A stretch of DNA of 64,000 bases from Mobula hypostoma (taxonomy: Eukaryota), in assembly GCF_963921235.1 (NCBI RefSeq), contig NC_086097.1, forward strand, positions 147,624,001-147,688,000. Reading direction: 5' to 3'. Below are positions 48,405 through 60,739 of the stretch, piece by piece; position 1 is the stretch's first letter, and each line of letters begins with the position of its first letter. A program made the translations under genes and the position numbers. The notes beneath the pieces were generated by a model. That model was not told the DNA's origin. It made no database searches and saw only the letters and a program-made list of their open reading frames with translations.

Positions 48405-50867
48405 CAGACAACCCCAATAGGCAGACCGCGAGAACCAAATGTCTGGACTGCACCGACTCATTGGCACTTACGTGAATGCGCCTGTCATAACATGTAAATA
48501 AAGCGCGTGCTGCTCTAATTTATTTTAACCTCGTCCCACACCATACACTTGATCTACGCCCCCCGTAGAGCGCGCATAGAATCAGAAAATCTAAAGCAGC
48601 ACTTCAACACTATGCATGCTGCCAGTTTTAATGCCAACTACCCTGCAAAATCAGATCAATGCAAACAAAAAATTGCGAATATGGTAACATCATACAAGCA
48701 CTCCGTTTCTACTATCTGTACGTCAACATCTGCACAAGAGAGAGCGCAACAGCTGCGTCATTGCATGTGTCATGGAATCTTGCCAAAGCTTAGAAGCCAT
48801 TCGCTGATGCTGAGTTGATTAAAATGTGTGCAATTGATATGGTTGGCGAAGTTTTAAGTCATGATGAGAAAATCAAGAAAACGGTTGTGGAGCTATTAAA
48901 GACAGTGCCATTGTCGTCTATCACGGCAACAAGAAGAGTAGAAGTTTTAGCAGAGGAGTGTTCTTCCAATCTACTCATCGATTTGGAGAAAGCAGAAGCC
49001 ATATCACTAGCCATAGACTCGTTCTGTGACCAAACCGATATGGAAGAGCAAGATTTTTTGACGGGAAGACCTTTTGGGAAGAGCTACTTTGTGTGCTTCC
49101 TCTGTCTGAGTGCACAACTGGGGAAATAATTTTTAATGAATTGACACAGATCTTTGAGAAGCATGGCTTGGATGTGAGCAAAATTGTGGCTGTTGTCACC
49201 AATGGGACTCCGTCGATGGTGGGACAACACAAGGGCTTGGTAAGCAGGTTTACCGCTGTTAACCCAGCACTCTTGGCATTTCATTGCATTATTCACAAAT
49301 CAGTGTTGAGCGCTGAACTGTGTGGGGAAATGAAAGAGGCGACAGATACTGTAACGTGACTGGTAAATTTCGTTCGCGAGAGTTCTGGTCTGCAACATCG
49401 CCTTTTCAGAGCATTGCTGGAGGAAACGTCAGCAGAACACAAAGATCTTTTACCGCATAATGATGTTCGCTGGCTGAGCAAAGGCCGTGTGTTGGAGAGG
49501 GTGTGCGACCTGCGCGATGAGCTTCTGTCATTTTTATCCACCCTGCAGAGCCAAAAAGCCCAAGGATTTAAGAGGTTTTTAAGTGACAAGAAGGTGATGG
49601 CACATGTTTTTTTTGTGTGACATCATGTCTCATCTAAATCAACTTAATCTGCAATTACAAGGCAATAACCACACTGTTGCGGACATGTACGAGGCGATTG
49701 AAGCTTTCTGGTCAAAGCTGAACCTTTTGGAGAGAGACATTCAAGGGAGAAAGTTGCACTTTCCATGTCTGCAGGAGCATTGCGAGAAGAATGAAATGCG
49801 GGAGGATCCAGTGATGAAGGATTTCGTGACGAGCCTGGCAGAAAACTTCAGGGAACGATTTGAAAGCTCTCCTAAACTCTCGTGACATCCTCCTCTTCCT
49901 GAGACAGCCGTTCTCCGTTTCGGCTGACGGCCAGTGGACTCGTCCTTCCATAGATGAGGCAACTCTTCAGATGGAGGTCTTGGAAATGGGAACATCTGAT
50001 TTGCTTGAAGTACAACACAAGGATGTTGGGGTGAGTGACTTTTGGATCAATGTGGTTCCCTAAGCTGAATTCAAAAACACGAGAGCTATTGTAATGCTCT
50101 ACTCGCACTGTTTCCCTCCACATACATATGTGAGTTATCGTTTTCTTCAATGAACTCTAGCAAGAACCAGGACAGAAACAGACTCTCCAATGCACTTCTT
50201 TGCCAGTGCCTCAGGATTGCCACAACAGAATACAGGCCTGACATCAAAAGGATTGCCTTATCCCATCACTGTCACTGATTGGTGAGTGAATCAATTTATT
50301 TTTGTCCATTTGTCAATCTTATTATGGTATAATAATATTACAGCAACAATACTGATCATTTCGTATATAGCTACACTTCATACTTCAAATACTACATAGC
50401 TTAATTAAAAAGAACAAATAGATTAAATGAGAGAATAGAAACAGTGGAAAAGACAGTACTACTAAATCTCTTTGTGTGGAAGAGAGGTATTCTTTGTTTG
50501 GAAGAGAAGATTACCATGTTTACTGTGTATGTGTGTGTGTGAGAGAGAGAAGTTCCAGATGTGTTCTCAATGTGACAGCTGACAGTTGTGATAGCTAGAG
50601 TCATAATTAAATGGTTGGTTTTGGACTTATTTTGTTTCAAAAGTGCATTTCGTTTTCTTGTGTGACCCACAACACAGGCTTTGAGAATCCCAGGCCTAAA
50701 TAATTACTACTACTACTATGACTACTACGACTACTACTACTACTACTACCACCACCCCATAAAACAACTTACTGGCGCAATGGAAAAAAAACCCTAGACA
50801 TTTTGGCCCTTGGCTTGGCGTGCTTGACATAATTTGGCCCTTGTGGAAAACTAATTGGGGAACCCTG
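48405..50867 (+). mobile_element. Near full-length dead hAT transposon (GTF2IRD2/SPIN-like transposase)
   Basis: NLKQHF, AFHCIIH, VRWLSKGRVLERV, HLNQLNLQLQG and C-terminal PSTYICE motifs across several frames. CAG..CCCCAAT TIRs; TSD CCATAGAC / CCATAGGT (6 of 8 match). Confidence 0.88.
50704..50755. repeat. Imperfect (ACT)n microsatellite
   Basis: Direct reading of the sequence. Confidence 0.9.
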
Positions 50868-52045
50868 CCATAGGTCATAAGACTTAGTAGCAGAATTAGG
50901 CCATCTGGCCCATCGAGTCTGCTCCGCCATTCAATCATGGCTGATCCTTTTTTTTTCTCCTCCTCAACCCCAGTTCCCGGCCTTCTCCCCGTAACCTTTG
51001 ATGTCGTGTCCAATCAAGAACCTAACAATCTCTGCCTTAAATATACCCAATGACCTGGCCTCCACAGCTGCATATGTGAACAAATTCCACAAATTCACCA
51101 TCCTTTGGCTAAAGAAATTTCTCTGCATCTCTGTTTCGAAAGGGCACCCCTCTATCCTGAGGCTGTGCTCTCCTGTCCTAGACTCTCCCACCATGGGAAA
51201 CACCCTTTCCACATCTACTCTGTCTAGGCCTTGCAACATTCAAAAGGTTTCAATGAGATCCCCTCCTCATCCTTCTGCATTCCAGCAAGTACAGACCCAG
51301 AGCCATCTAACGTTCCTCGTATGATAACCCTTTTATTCCTGGAATCATCCTTGTGAACCTCCTCTCCAATGCCAGCACTTCTTTTCTAAGATGAGGGGCC
51401 TAAAACTGTTCACAATACTCGAGGTGCGGCCTCACCAGTGCCTTATAAAGCCTCAGCATCACATCTTTGCTCTTGTATTCTAGACCTGTTGAAATGAATG
51501 ATAGCATGGCATTTGCCTTCCTCACCACGACTCAGCCTGCAAGTTAACCTTCAGGGTGTTCTGCACAAGGACTCTCAAGTTTACCTGCATCTCAGATTTT
51601 TGGATTTTCTCCCCGTTTAGAAAATAGTCCGCGCATTTATTTCTACTACCAAAGTGCATGACCATGCATTTTCCAACACTATTTCATTTGCCACCTTCTT
51701 GCTCATTCTCCTAATCTTTCTAAGTCCTTCTGCATCCTACCTGTTTCCTCAACACTACCTGCTCCTCCACCAATCTTCGTATCATCTGCAAACCTGGCAA
51801 CAAAGCCATCTATTCCAGCAGCTAAATCATTTATATACAGCAGAAAAACAAGTGGTCCTAACACCGACCTCTGCGGAACACCACTAGTCGCTGGCAGCCT
51901 GGATGCTTTTATTTCCCACTTGCTGCCTCTTACCAATCAGCCAAGGCTCTAACCATGTTAGTAACTTTTCTGTAATACCATGGGCTCTTAACTTGGTAAG
52001 CAGCCTCATGTGTGGCACCTTGTCAAAGGCCTTCTGAAAGTCCAA

Positions 52046-54496
52046 GAACTGGTACTGGACCCCAAGGAAGAGAGTTTATGGAATGCCTCAGAGATGGATT
52101 CTTAGAGCAGCTTGTATTACAGCCTACCAGGGAGAAGGCAATTCTGGATTTAGTGTTGTGTAATGAACCGGATTTGATAAGGGAACTCAAGGTAAAGGAG
52201 CCATTAGGAGGTAGTGACCATAATATGATAAGTTTTAATCTACAATTTGAGAGGGAGAAGGGAAGAGCGGAAGTGTCAGTATTACAGTTGAACAAAGGGG
52301 AGTATGGACCCATGAGGGAGGAGCTGGCCAAAGTTGACTGGAAAGATACCCTAGCAGGGATGACAGTGGAACAACAATGGCAGGTATTTCTGGGAATAAT
52401 ACAGAGGGTGCAGGATCAGTTCTTTCCAAAGAGGAAGAAAGATTCTAAGGGGAGTAAGGGGCGACTGTGGATGACAAGGGAAGTTAAGGACAATATAAAA
52501 ATAAAAGAGAGGAAATATAACATAGCAAGGATGAGCAGGAAGCCAGAGGATTGGGAGACTTTTAAGGAGCAACAGAAGATAACTAAAAAGGCAATACAGG
52601 GTGGGGAAGGAAGATGAGGTACGAAGGTAATCTAGCCAAGAATATAAAGGAGGATAGTAAAAGCTGCTTTAAGTATGTGAAGAGGAAAAAAAATGAGTTT
52701 TTTTTTCTAATTTTCAAAGTTGGGCCCTTGAAGACAGAAACGGCTGAAATTATTATGGGGAACAAGGAAATGGCAGACGAGCTGAACAGGTACTTTAGAT
52801 CTGTCTTCACTACAGAAGACACAAACAATCTCCCAGATGTAATAGTGGCCAGAGGACCGAGGGTAACAGAGGAACTGAAGGAAATTCGCATCAGGCAGAA
52901 AATGATGTTGGGTAAACTGACGGGACTGAAGGCTGATAAATCCCCAGGGCCTGATGGTCTGCATCCCAGGGTACTTAAGGAGGTGGCTCTAGAAATCATG
53001 GACGCATTGGTAATCATTTTCCAATGTTCTATAGATTCAGAATCAGTTCCTATGGATTGGAGGGTAGCTAATGTTATCCCACTTTTTAAGAAAGGAGGGA
53101 GAGAGAAAACAGGCAATTATAGACCAGTTAGTCTGACATCAGTGGTGGGGAAGATGCTGGAATCAATTATAAAAGATGAAATTGCGGCATATTTGGATAG
53201 CAGTAGCAGGATAGGTCCGAGTCATTATGGATTTACGAAGGGGAAATCATGCTTGACTAATCTTCTGGCATTTTTTGAGAATGTATCTATGAAAATGGAC
53301 ATGGGAAATCCAGTGGATGTAGTGTACCTGGACTTTCAGAAAGCCTTTGATAAGGTCCCACATAGGAGGTTAGTGGGCAAAATTAGAGCAAATGGTATTG
53401 GGGGTAGGGTACTGACATGGATGGAAAATTGGTTGGCAATTGGAAAACAGAGTAGGGATTAATGGATCCTTTTCAGAATGGCAGGCAGTGACTAGTGGGG
53501 TACCACAAGGCTCGGTGCTGGGACCGCAGCTATTTACAATATACATTACTGATTTAGATGAAGGGATTAAAGGTAACATGAGCAAAGCTGGGTGGCAGCG
53601 TGAAATGTGAGGAGGATGTTATAAGAATGCGGGGTGACTTGGACAGGTTGGGTGAGTGGGCAGATGCATGGCAGATGCGGTTTAATGTGGATAAATGTGA
53701 GGCTATCCACTTTGGTGGCAAGAACAGGAAGGCAGGTTACTATCTGAATGGTGTCAAGTTAGGAAAAGTGGAAGTACAATGAGATCTAGGTGTCCTTGTT
53801 CATCAGTCACTGAAATTAAGCATGCAGGTACAGCAGGCAGTGAAGAAAGCTAATGGCACGTTGGCCTTCATAACAAGGGGAGTTGAGTATAGGAGCAAAG
53901 AGGTCCTTCTGCAGTTGTACAGGGCCCTGGTGAGACCACATCTGGAGTATTGTGTACAGTTTTGGTCTCCAAATTTGAGGAAGGACATTCTAGCTATTGA
54001 GGGAGTGCAGTGGAGGTTCACGAGGTTAATTCCCGGGATGGGGGGACTGTCATATGTTGAAAGATGGGAGTGACTGGGCTTGTATACACTGGAATTTAGA
54101 AGGATGAGAGGGGATCTGATTGAAACACGTAAGTTATTAAGGGATTGGACACGCTAGAGGCAGGAAACATGTTCCCGATGTTGGGGGAGTCCAGAACCAG
54201 AGGACACAGTTTAAGAATAAGGGGTAGACGATTTAGAACAGAGTTGAGGAAAAACTTTTTCACACAGAGGGTTGTGGTTCTGTGGAATGTTCTGCCTCAG
54301 AAGGCAGTGGAGGCCAATTCTCTGGATTCTATCAAGAAAGAGTTAGATAGAGCTCTTAAAGATAGCGGAATCAAGGGATATGGGGAGAAGGCAGGAAAAG
54401 TGTACTGATTACGGATGATCAGCCATGATCATAGTGAATGGTGCTGACTCGAAGGGCTGAATGGCCTACTCCTGCGCCTATTGTCTATTGTCCATT
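52046..54496 (+). mobile_element. CR1 LINE (endonuclease end, RT, 3' UTR) inserted antisense into another CR1
   Basis: ORFs 52012-54408 carry GGSDHNMI, SPGPDG, NYRPVSLTSVVGK and DFQKAFDKV. (CTATTGT)n tail; TSD GTCCAA (52040-52045, 54497-54502). Confidence 0.93.
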
Positions 54497-55221
54497 GTCC
54501 AAATATACAACGTCCACTGCATCCCCTTTATCTATCCCATTTGTAATCTCCTCAAAGAATTCCAGCAGGTTCACCAGGCAGGATTTTTCCTGAAAGAAAC
54601 CATGCTGACTTTGTACTATCTTGTCCAGTGTCACCAAGTACCCTGTCACCTCATCCTTATCAATTGACTCTAACATCTTCCCAACAACTGAGGTCAGGCT
54701 AACTGATTTCCTTTCTGCTGCCTTCCTCCTTTCTTAAAGAGTGGAGTGACATTTGCAGTTTTCCAGTCATCTGGAACCACGCCAGAATCCAGTGATTTTT
54801 GGAAGATCATTTCTAATACCACTATCTCTTTCAGAACCCTCGGGTGCAGTTCATCTGGTCCGAGTGACTTATATACCTTTTAGGTCTTTCAGCTTTTTGA
54901 GCACCTTCTCTCTTCTAACAATAACTGCACCCACTTCTCTTCTGTCACACACAACTACATCAGGCATACTGCTAGTGTCTTCCACAGTGAAGACTGATGC
55001 AAAATACTCATTTAGTTCATCAGCCATCTCCTTGACCCCGTTATTTCTCCTGCCTCATTTTCTAGTGGTCCTATATCCGCTCTCATTTCTCTTTTATTTT
55101 TAACTTTTAGTATCCACTTTGATATTATTTGCTAGCTTACTCTCATATTTCATCTCTTCCCTTTTAATGACTTCTTTAGTTGCTGTCTGTAGGTTTTTAA
55201 AAACTTCCCAATCCTCTATAT

Positions 55222-56435
55222 CAGGGGTCCCCAACCTTTTATGCGCTGCGGACCGGTTTAATATTGACAATATTCTTGCGGACCGGCCGACCCGGTGGGG
55301 GGGGGGGGGGTAGGGTTGCCAATGGACAAAAGTAGCAGTCAACACGTTGTGTTTACCCAGAGAAAGACTACAATGACCATGAAGACTTGCGCGGGCACCA
55401 GTGGACATGCGTGTACCTGCCGATATTTTTTTTCTGCAAATCATTTTTGGCGATTCTGTTCGGGGGCGGGGGCTGTTAATCACGACCAGAATATAGGTGA
55501 TAAGTGGCTAATACACTCAGTTTAGTTTCTGAAAGGGTTTATCTAACGAATTTAATATTAAACACACAGCACATATTTTCCTCGCATGAATATAGTGATA
55601 AGTCAATTATCAGGGGAGGACGGGAGCTTGAAGTAAGTGTTGAACTTCCAGTAGAAGTGGTAGAGGCAGATTCGATATTATCATTTAAAGAAAAATTGGA
55701 TAGGTATACGGACAGGAAAGGAATGGCGGGTTATGGGCTGAGTGCAGGTCGGTGGCACTAGGTGAGAGTAGCGTTCGGCACGGACTAGAAGGGCCAAGAT
55801 GGCCTGTTTCCGCACTGTAATTGTTATGTGGTTATATAAGTCAATAGCATCGTAACATTTTAAGTAACGTTTGGATATTAAGCACACAGCACGTTTTCCC
55901 CGTATGAACATATAAAATCATTGCAACGCACCAATATCGCTGAAATCAGTGGGAGCCCTGGGCTTGTTTCCCTGCAACAACACGATCCTATCGAGGGGTG
56001 ATGGGAGACAGCGATACTTGAAGGAGGTTCCTTATGTCCAATCTATTCCGCAATTTAGTTTCGTTGCATTCATTGCAGAAAACTCCGCTTCACAGAAAAA
56101 TGTTGGAAATGGAAGCAACGTTTTCAGTGCTTTCGTGGCTATCTCAGGATATTCAGCCTTCAGTGTGATCCAGAATGCCAGCAGAGATGTTATGTCAAAC
56201 ATACTTTTCAGCCCGCCATCATTGCAAGCTCGAGGAGTTGATCTCCTTCCCGCGCTGACATGGATGACGTGCAGGTAATGACCTCACGTGTGTTCAAGCT
56301 CCACAGCGGGCGTGACAGGGAATGAGGAAAGATGCCGCTGACTCATATTGCCAAATCATATCATCTCCTCGCGGCCCAGTAGTGCATGCTTTGCAGCCCG
56401 GCACCAGTCTGCGGCCCGGTGGTTGGGGACCGCTG
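55222..56435 (-). mobile_element. Composite non-autonomous hAT element, copy 2
   Basis: Reverse-complement homolog of 26871-28028; perfect TSD CTCTATAT. Confidence 0.92.
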
Positions 56436-57421
56436 CTCTATATTCCCACTAATTTTTGCTTTGTTGTATGCCTTTTCTTACAATAGCTTTGACTTCCCTT
56501 GTCAGCCATTGTACTATTTTACCTTTTGAGTATTTCTTCATTTTTGGAATACATATGACCTGCACCTTCTTCATTTTTCCCAGGAACACATGCCTTTGCT
56601 GCTGTGCTGACATCCCTGCCAGCAGCTCCTTCCAATTTACTTTGGCCAACTCCTCTCTCACACCACTGTAATTTCCCTTACTCCACTGAAATACTACTAC
56701 GTCAGACTTTACTTTCTCCCTATCAAATTTCAAATTGATCTCAATCAAATTGTGGTCACTGGTTCCTAAGGGTCCTTTTACCTTAAGCTCCTTAATCGCC
56801 TTTGGTTCATTACATAACATCCAGTCCAATATAGCTGATTCCCGAGTAGGCTCAACAACAAACTGCTCTAAAAAGCTATCTCTTGGGCACTGAACAAACT
56901 CACTGTCTTGAGATCCATTACCAACCTGATTTTCCCAATCGACCTGCATGTTAAAATCTCCCATGACTACCATAACACTGTCCTTTTGACGCACCTTTTC
57001 TATTTCCTGTTGTAATCTGTGAACCACCTTCCAGCCAGTGTTAGGAGGCCTGTAAATAACTGCCATCAATGTCCTTTTATGCTTGCAGTTTCTTAACTCA
57101 ATCCACAAGAATTCAACATCTTTCTACTGATTTGATGCCATTCTTTACCACTAGAACTAGACCACCCCTCTGGCTACCTATCTATCCTTCAGATATAACA
57201 TGTAACCTTGGACGTTCAGCTCCCAACTACAACCATCCTTCAGCCATGATTCAGTGCTGGTCACCACATCATACCTGGTAACCGGTAATAGCGCAAAAGA
57301 TCATCCACTTTATTTCTTGTACTATGTGCATTTAGATACAACACCTGGAGTACTGTATTTGCTATCTTTTCTGATTCGGCATCCCTCATGTTTTGATACT
57401 CAGCCTGTTGGCTGCAACCAA

Positions 57422-57936
57422 AGGCTGATTTATACTTCTGCATAAAATTAACGCCATGGGTACGGCGTCACTGCGAACCCTACGCAGAGCCTACGCGGAT
57501 CCCTACGCCGTAGCCTGACACGCACCTCTCCCAAAATGTAACTATGCGTCACGGCAACACAGACCGCAACAACTGTGATTGGTCAGCATGGTAGCATCGC
57601 ATTTCCTCCTACACTGTAATAGCTTGCCAGTGGGCAACTGAAGGGCAGGGAAGGAACTCTGGCTGCAATGCTTTTCATAAAGTTTTACAGACCTCTGAAA
57701 TAATGGAGGACACATTTCGCTTTTCTGAAAAAAGACGCTCGCTTTAAACTTGTTTACCCCGAGAAAGACTACCATGACCATGAAGCCTTGCATGGGCAGG
57801 TCTGTGCGCATGCGTGATGTGCCCGAATTGCAGAGCGACGCAGACACACCAACGCACAAGTATAAATGCTCACAACACGCGTAGGCCACTTGCGTAGGTT
57901 ATGGCATCCATTTGACGCACAAGTATAAATCAGCCT
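57422..57936. mobile_element. PIF/Harbinger-type MITE
   Basis: TIRs AGGCTGATTTATACTT(C/G)TGC, 3-bp TSD (C/T)AA, no coding capacity. Confidence 0.8.
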
Positions 57937-57995
57937 TAAGTCCCATCACCTGCCTGCCTTTCCTGACAGTCTGAGTGCATGCTATCTTTACTAAT

Positions 57996-60680
57996 GTGTG
58001 GTTCAAAGAAAGCATTGTAGATACATTGTAAATATAGATTTGTTCTTTTGCATGTAAAATGTCGTGTAGAGTTGGGTCAAGCAGGCCTCTTCCCCCAAAA
58101 TGGTCTCAACATGATGCCAGCTATGTCTCATTTTGTCAAATGAAAGACTACACATATCTGCCAGCTGTGTCTCTAGTGACTTTGTTTACACAACATTTGG
58201 GGCCTCGTCCAGGATACCTTTCTTGTAATCCATCTTGTGGCAAGTGATCTCAGCAGACTAAGTGGGTGAGTATTTTTAAAATTAGCACTCGCACTTGGAT
58301 CTGTAGGAGTTGCTGACTACAGGATCGTGAGATATCGTGAACACAGTGGAGAGCTGAACTGGTAGATATAAAAGTTTTGTGTGTGTGTGTTTTTATGTAA
58401 GAGACAAAACTTTGTGTGTTAATTTGGTGAAAAGGGGCCTACTACTACTACGTCGACTCAGGCCTAGGGCACGATGACGGACTCTCCACTTCTCCCTCTC
58501 CCTCATCAGTGTGTTCAGTTCATCTACATCAGCTGCGCCGCTGTCTTCTAGGAGCGTGTTGACCATAGTCTTGGGAGGGTGCCCAGAGTTCATCCTCCTG
58601 TGCTTGGGCTCCCATATGATGAGTGGCTGGCAGGTAGCTCGGGGTGGCGTAGACAGTGCCCCACTAGTTGCAGTCTTCTTGCCTCGTTTTTAGTGGTGAG
58701 CATCGGTAGGTTGTCATAAAGCTCGCCGTTCATCAGTGCTGTTGCCAACTCACGTCAAGAGTCATCCGGAGCATTCGTGTATAGTAACCATTTAGAGACT
58801 TCCGCATCGTCTTGGTGAGTGTCCATGTCTCGCATCCGTTTGTGAGAATGGACTCTATGACTGCTATGAAAATCCTCTTTTTAAGCCCTCTGGTCAGGTT
58901 CGACTTCCAGATTTCCTTCATATTGCTCATAGTCCCCCACGCCAGCGCCTTCCGTATCTTTATGTCCTTCTCCAAACTCTTCATTTTTGACCCAAGGTAC
59001 TTGTAGTCAAAGACTTTCTTAATGGTATCATTCTGTACAGTCTTGAGAGTACCTTCGTTGCAGTTAAACGCCAAGTACTCTGTCTTTTTAGCGTTTAGGT
59101 GAAGTACAACTTTATTGCATTCTATTTCCACTTTTGTCAGTAGCTGCTGTGCTTCCTCCATCTGGTCAGAGAGCAGGACTATGTCATCTGCAAAGTCGAG
59201 ATCTGTGAGCGTAACTGGTCTGACCCTTTTGGTTTGTCCTGGTTTTATGGTAAAACCAAGCTTGTCATGATCTTTGGTAGCTTGACGCAGAGCATAATCA
59301 AGGACGATTATAATGATGTAGGGTGCCAGAGTGTCTCCTTGCAGCAAGAAGGGGCCACCAGTTGCAAAAAGTGGTTATTGAAGGTTCAGGATGCCAATGG
59401 GGACATGTATGCTTATTCCGGGAACTGTATTTTAGCATATGTGTGTGTGTGTGTGCCTTTATGTAACAGTTAGATGCAAAGGAATACAGCAGGTTGCAGA
59501 GTACATACTCTGTGGTTTTAAGTGTGTACTGTTTAACTTGTACGCGTCATATATGTGGGAATTGGTGTGGAGATATTTCCGGGACAGGTTTGACCTAGAT
59601 ATATATGTCAGGATGGCACATACTGAGGTTGGGTAACATCAGGTTGAGAGTCTTGATGACCCGAGCTATCCCTTGACCTTGATTTTGACCACTCATAAGC
59701 CTCTCACACCTGGGGAGAAGCAGAGCATTTTGTCAGAGTTGCCCTCACTTAAAGTTGCATGTGGGAATTTAGAATTCTGCTGCAAGCTTGAGGAAATGTT
59801 TGAAGTTCACCAGATGTACCCTAAAGATATCCATGTGTTCGTAAAAGGAAAGTGCCCCAAGGAATATGTGAGACAGTATGGCCCAGGGAGTGCAGGATGG
59901 TACATGGGCAACTACAGGGGATGCTAGCAATGGATAGAGATATCACTTTAAAGGGAAAGTGAGGCAGCAACTGGGGAGAGATAAGAGTAACTGGAGAATG
60001 ATAATGTCAGTGATTCAGAGAGCTGATGAGCCAGCCATGGATAATGAGGAGTATTCACGGTTGGATAATCCAGGGAGGGACAACCCAGTCTTCCTGAAAA
60101 TGCTGAAGGAAGGCCTGAGCTCAGCCCACCAGTTTTAGATTTGGGGATAGCTGGGGGATCTACCTACTCCACAGTAGTATCATGGGCCACTGAGATAGAC
60201 GAGATGAGGGGAAAAGAAGTCATAAAGTAGCTGTGGCGAATGTAGATGCTGTGAAGTCATGGAGTACTTGCTTTTTGTGCTGGCAGCCATGCCACATAGA
60301 AAAGAAACTACCGGAATAGACGTGGGAAGGTAAAGGAGAAAATTTGTTACAGTTGTGGCTTCTCAGGCCATGGCTGGAGGCAGTGCTCTAGAAGAAAGTG
60401 TGAAAAATCACTCAACAAAGCAGGCAGAATAGAGAGCAAAATTCATTTTTTGATTTTACTGCTGACCAGATTATACAGCTGGTGAGGTCAGACAAACGAC
60501 TGACAGCAGCCTTTATTGTCAGTATTGTCACGATATACACAAGAGGTTTACTAGGGGGCCAGCAATGTGAAATGTCAGTGGACAGTAGGTCGTCAGTATC
60601 AAAAACTGATTTACTCTTGCCCACGGATGGAGAGGTGATTTACTATATATTACCAGTGCAGGTGAACATGTTTTCTTCTG
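57996..60680 (+). mobile_element. Decayed LTR-retroelement 5' half (gag and protease remnant)
   Basis: Intact CX2CX4HX4C knuckle CYSCGFSGHGWRQC (about 60345-60386), a degenerate knuckle just upstream, and a protease-like VDSRSSVS. LTR limits are uncertain. Confidence 0.65.
58440..59348 (-). mobile_element. RTE-clade LINE 3' fragment
   Basis: LQGDTLAPY, DLDFADDIVLL, YKYLGS and GCETWTLT motifs; (TAG)n tail; 8-bp TSD AAGGGGCC. Confidence 0.88.
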
Positions 60681-60739
60681 GATTTCTAGGACTATTTTGA
60701 AACTCTTCTAAATTTTGTTTCTGTTCTTTTTCTTTATAA

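Larger units (their letters stand above)
50872..57990 (-). mobile_element. Long CR1 LINE split by three younger insertions
   Basis: Endonuclease (YLNAHS, IYRPP, MGDFN, SDHN), RT and 3' UTR segments are collinear once 52046-54496, 55222-56435 and 57422-57936 are removed. Confidence 0.88.

Noticed and set aside
48549..50220. Domesticated GTF2IRD2/ZBED-like host gene
   Set aside because: Multiple stops and frameshifts, with TIRs and a TSD retained: a dead transposon.
50696..51013. Poly-valine ORF
   Set aside because: Artefact of the (ACT)n microsatellite plus a CR1 3' UTR.
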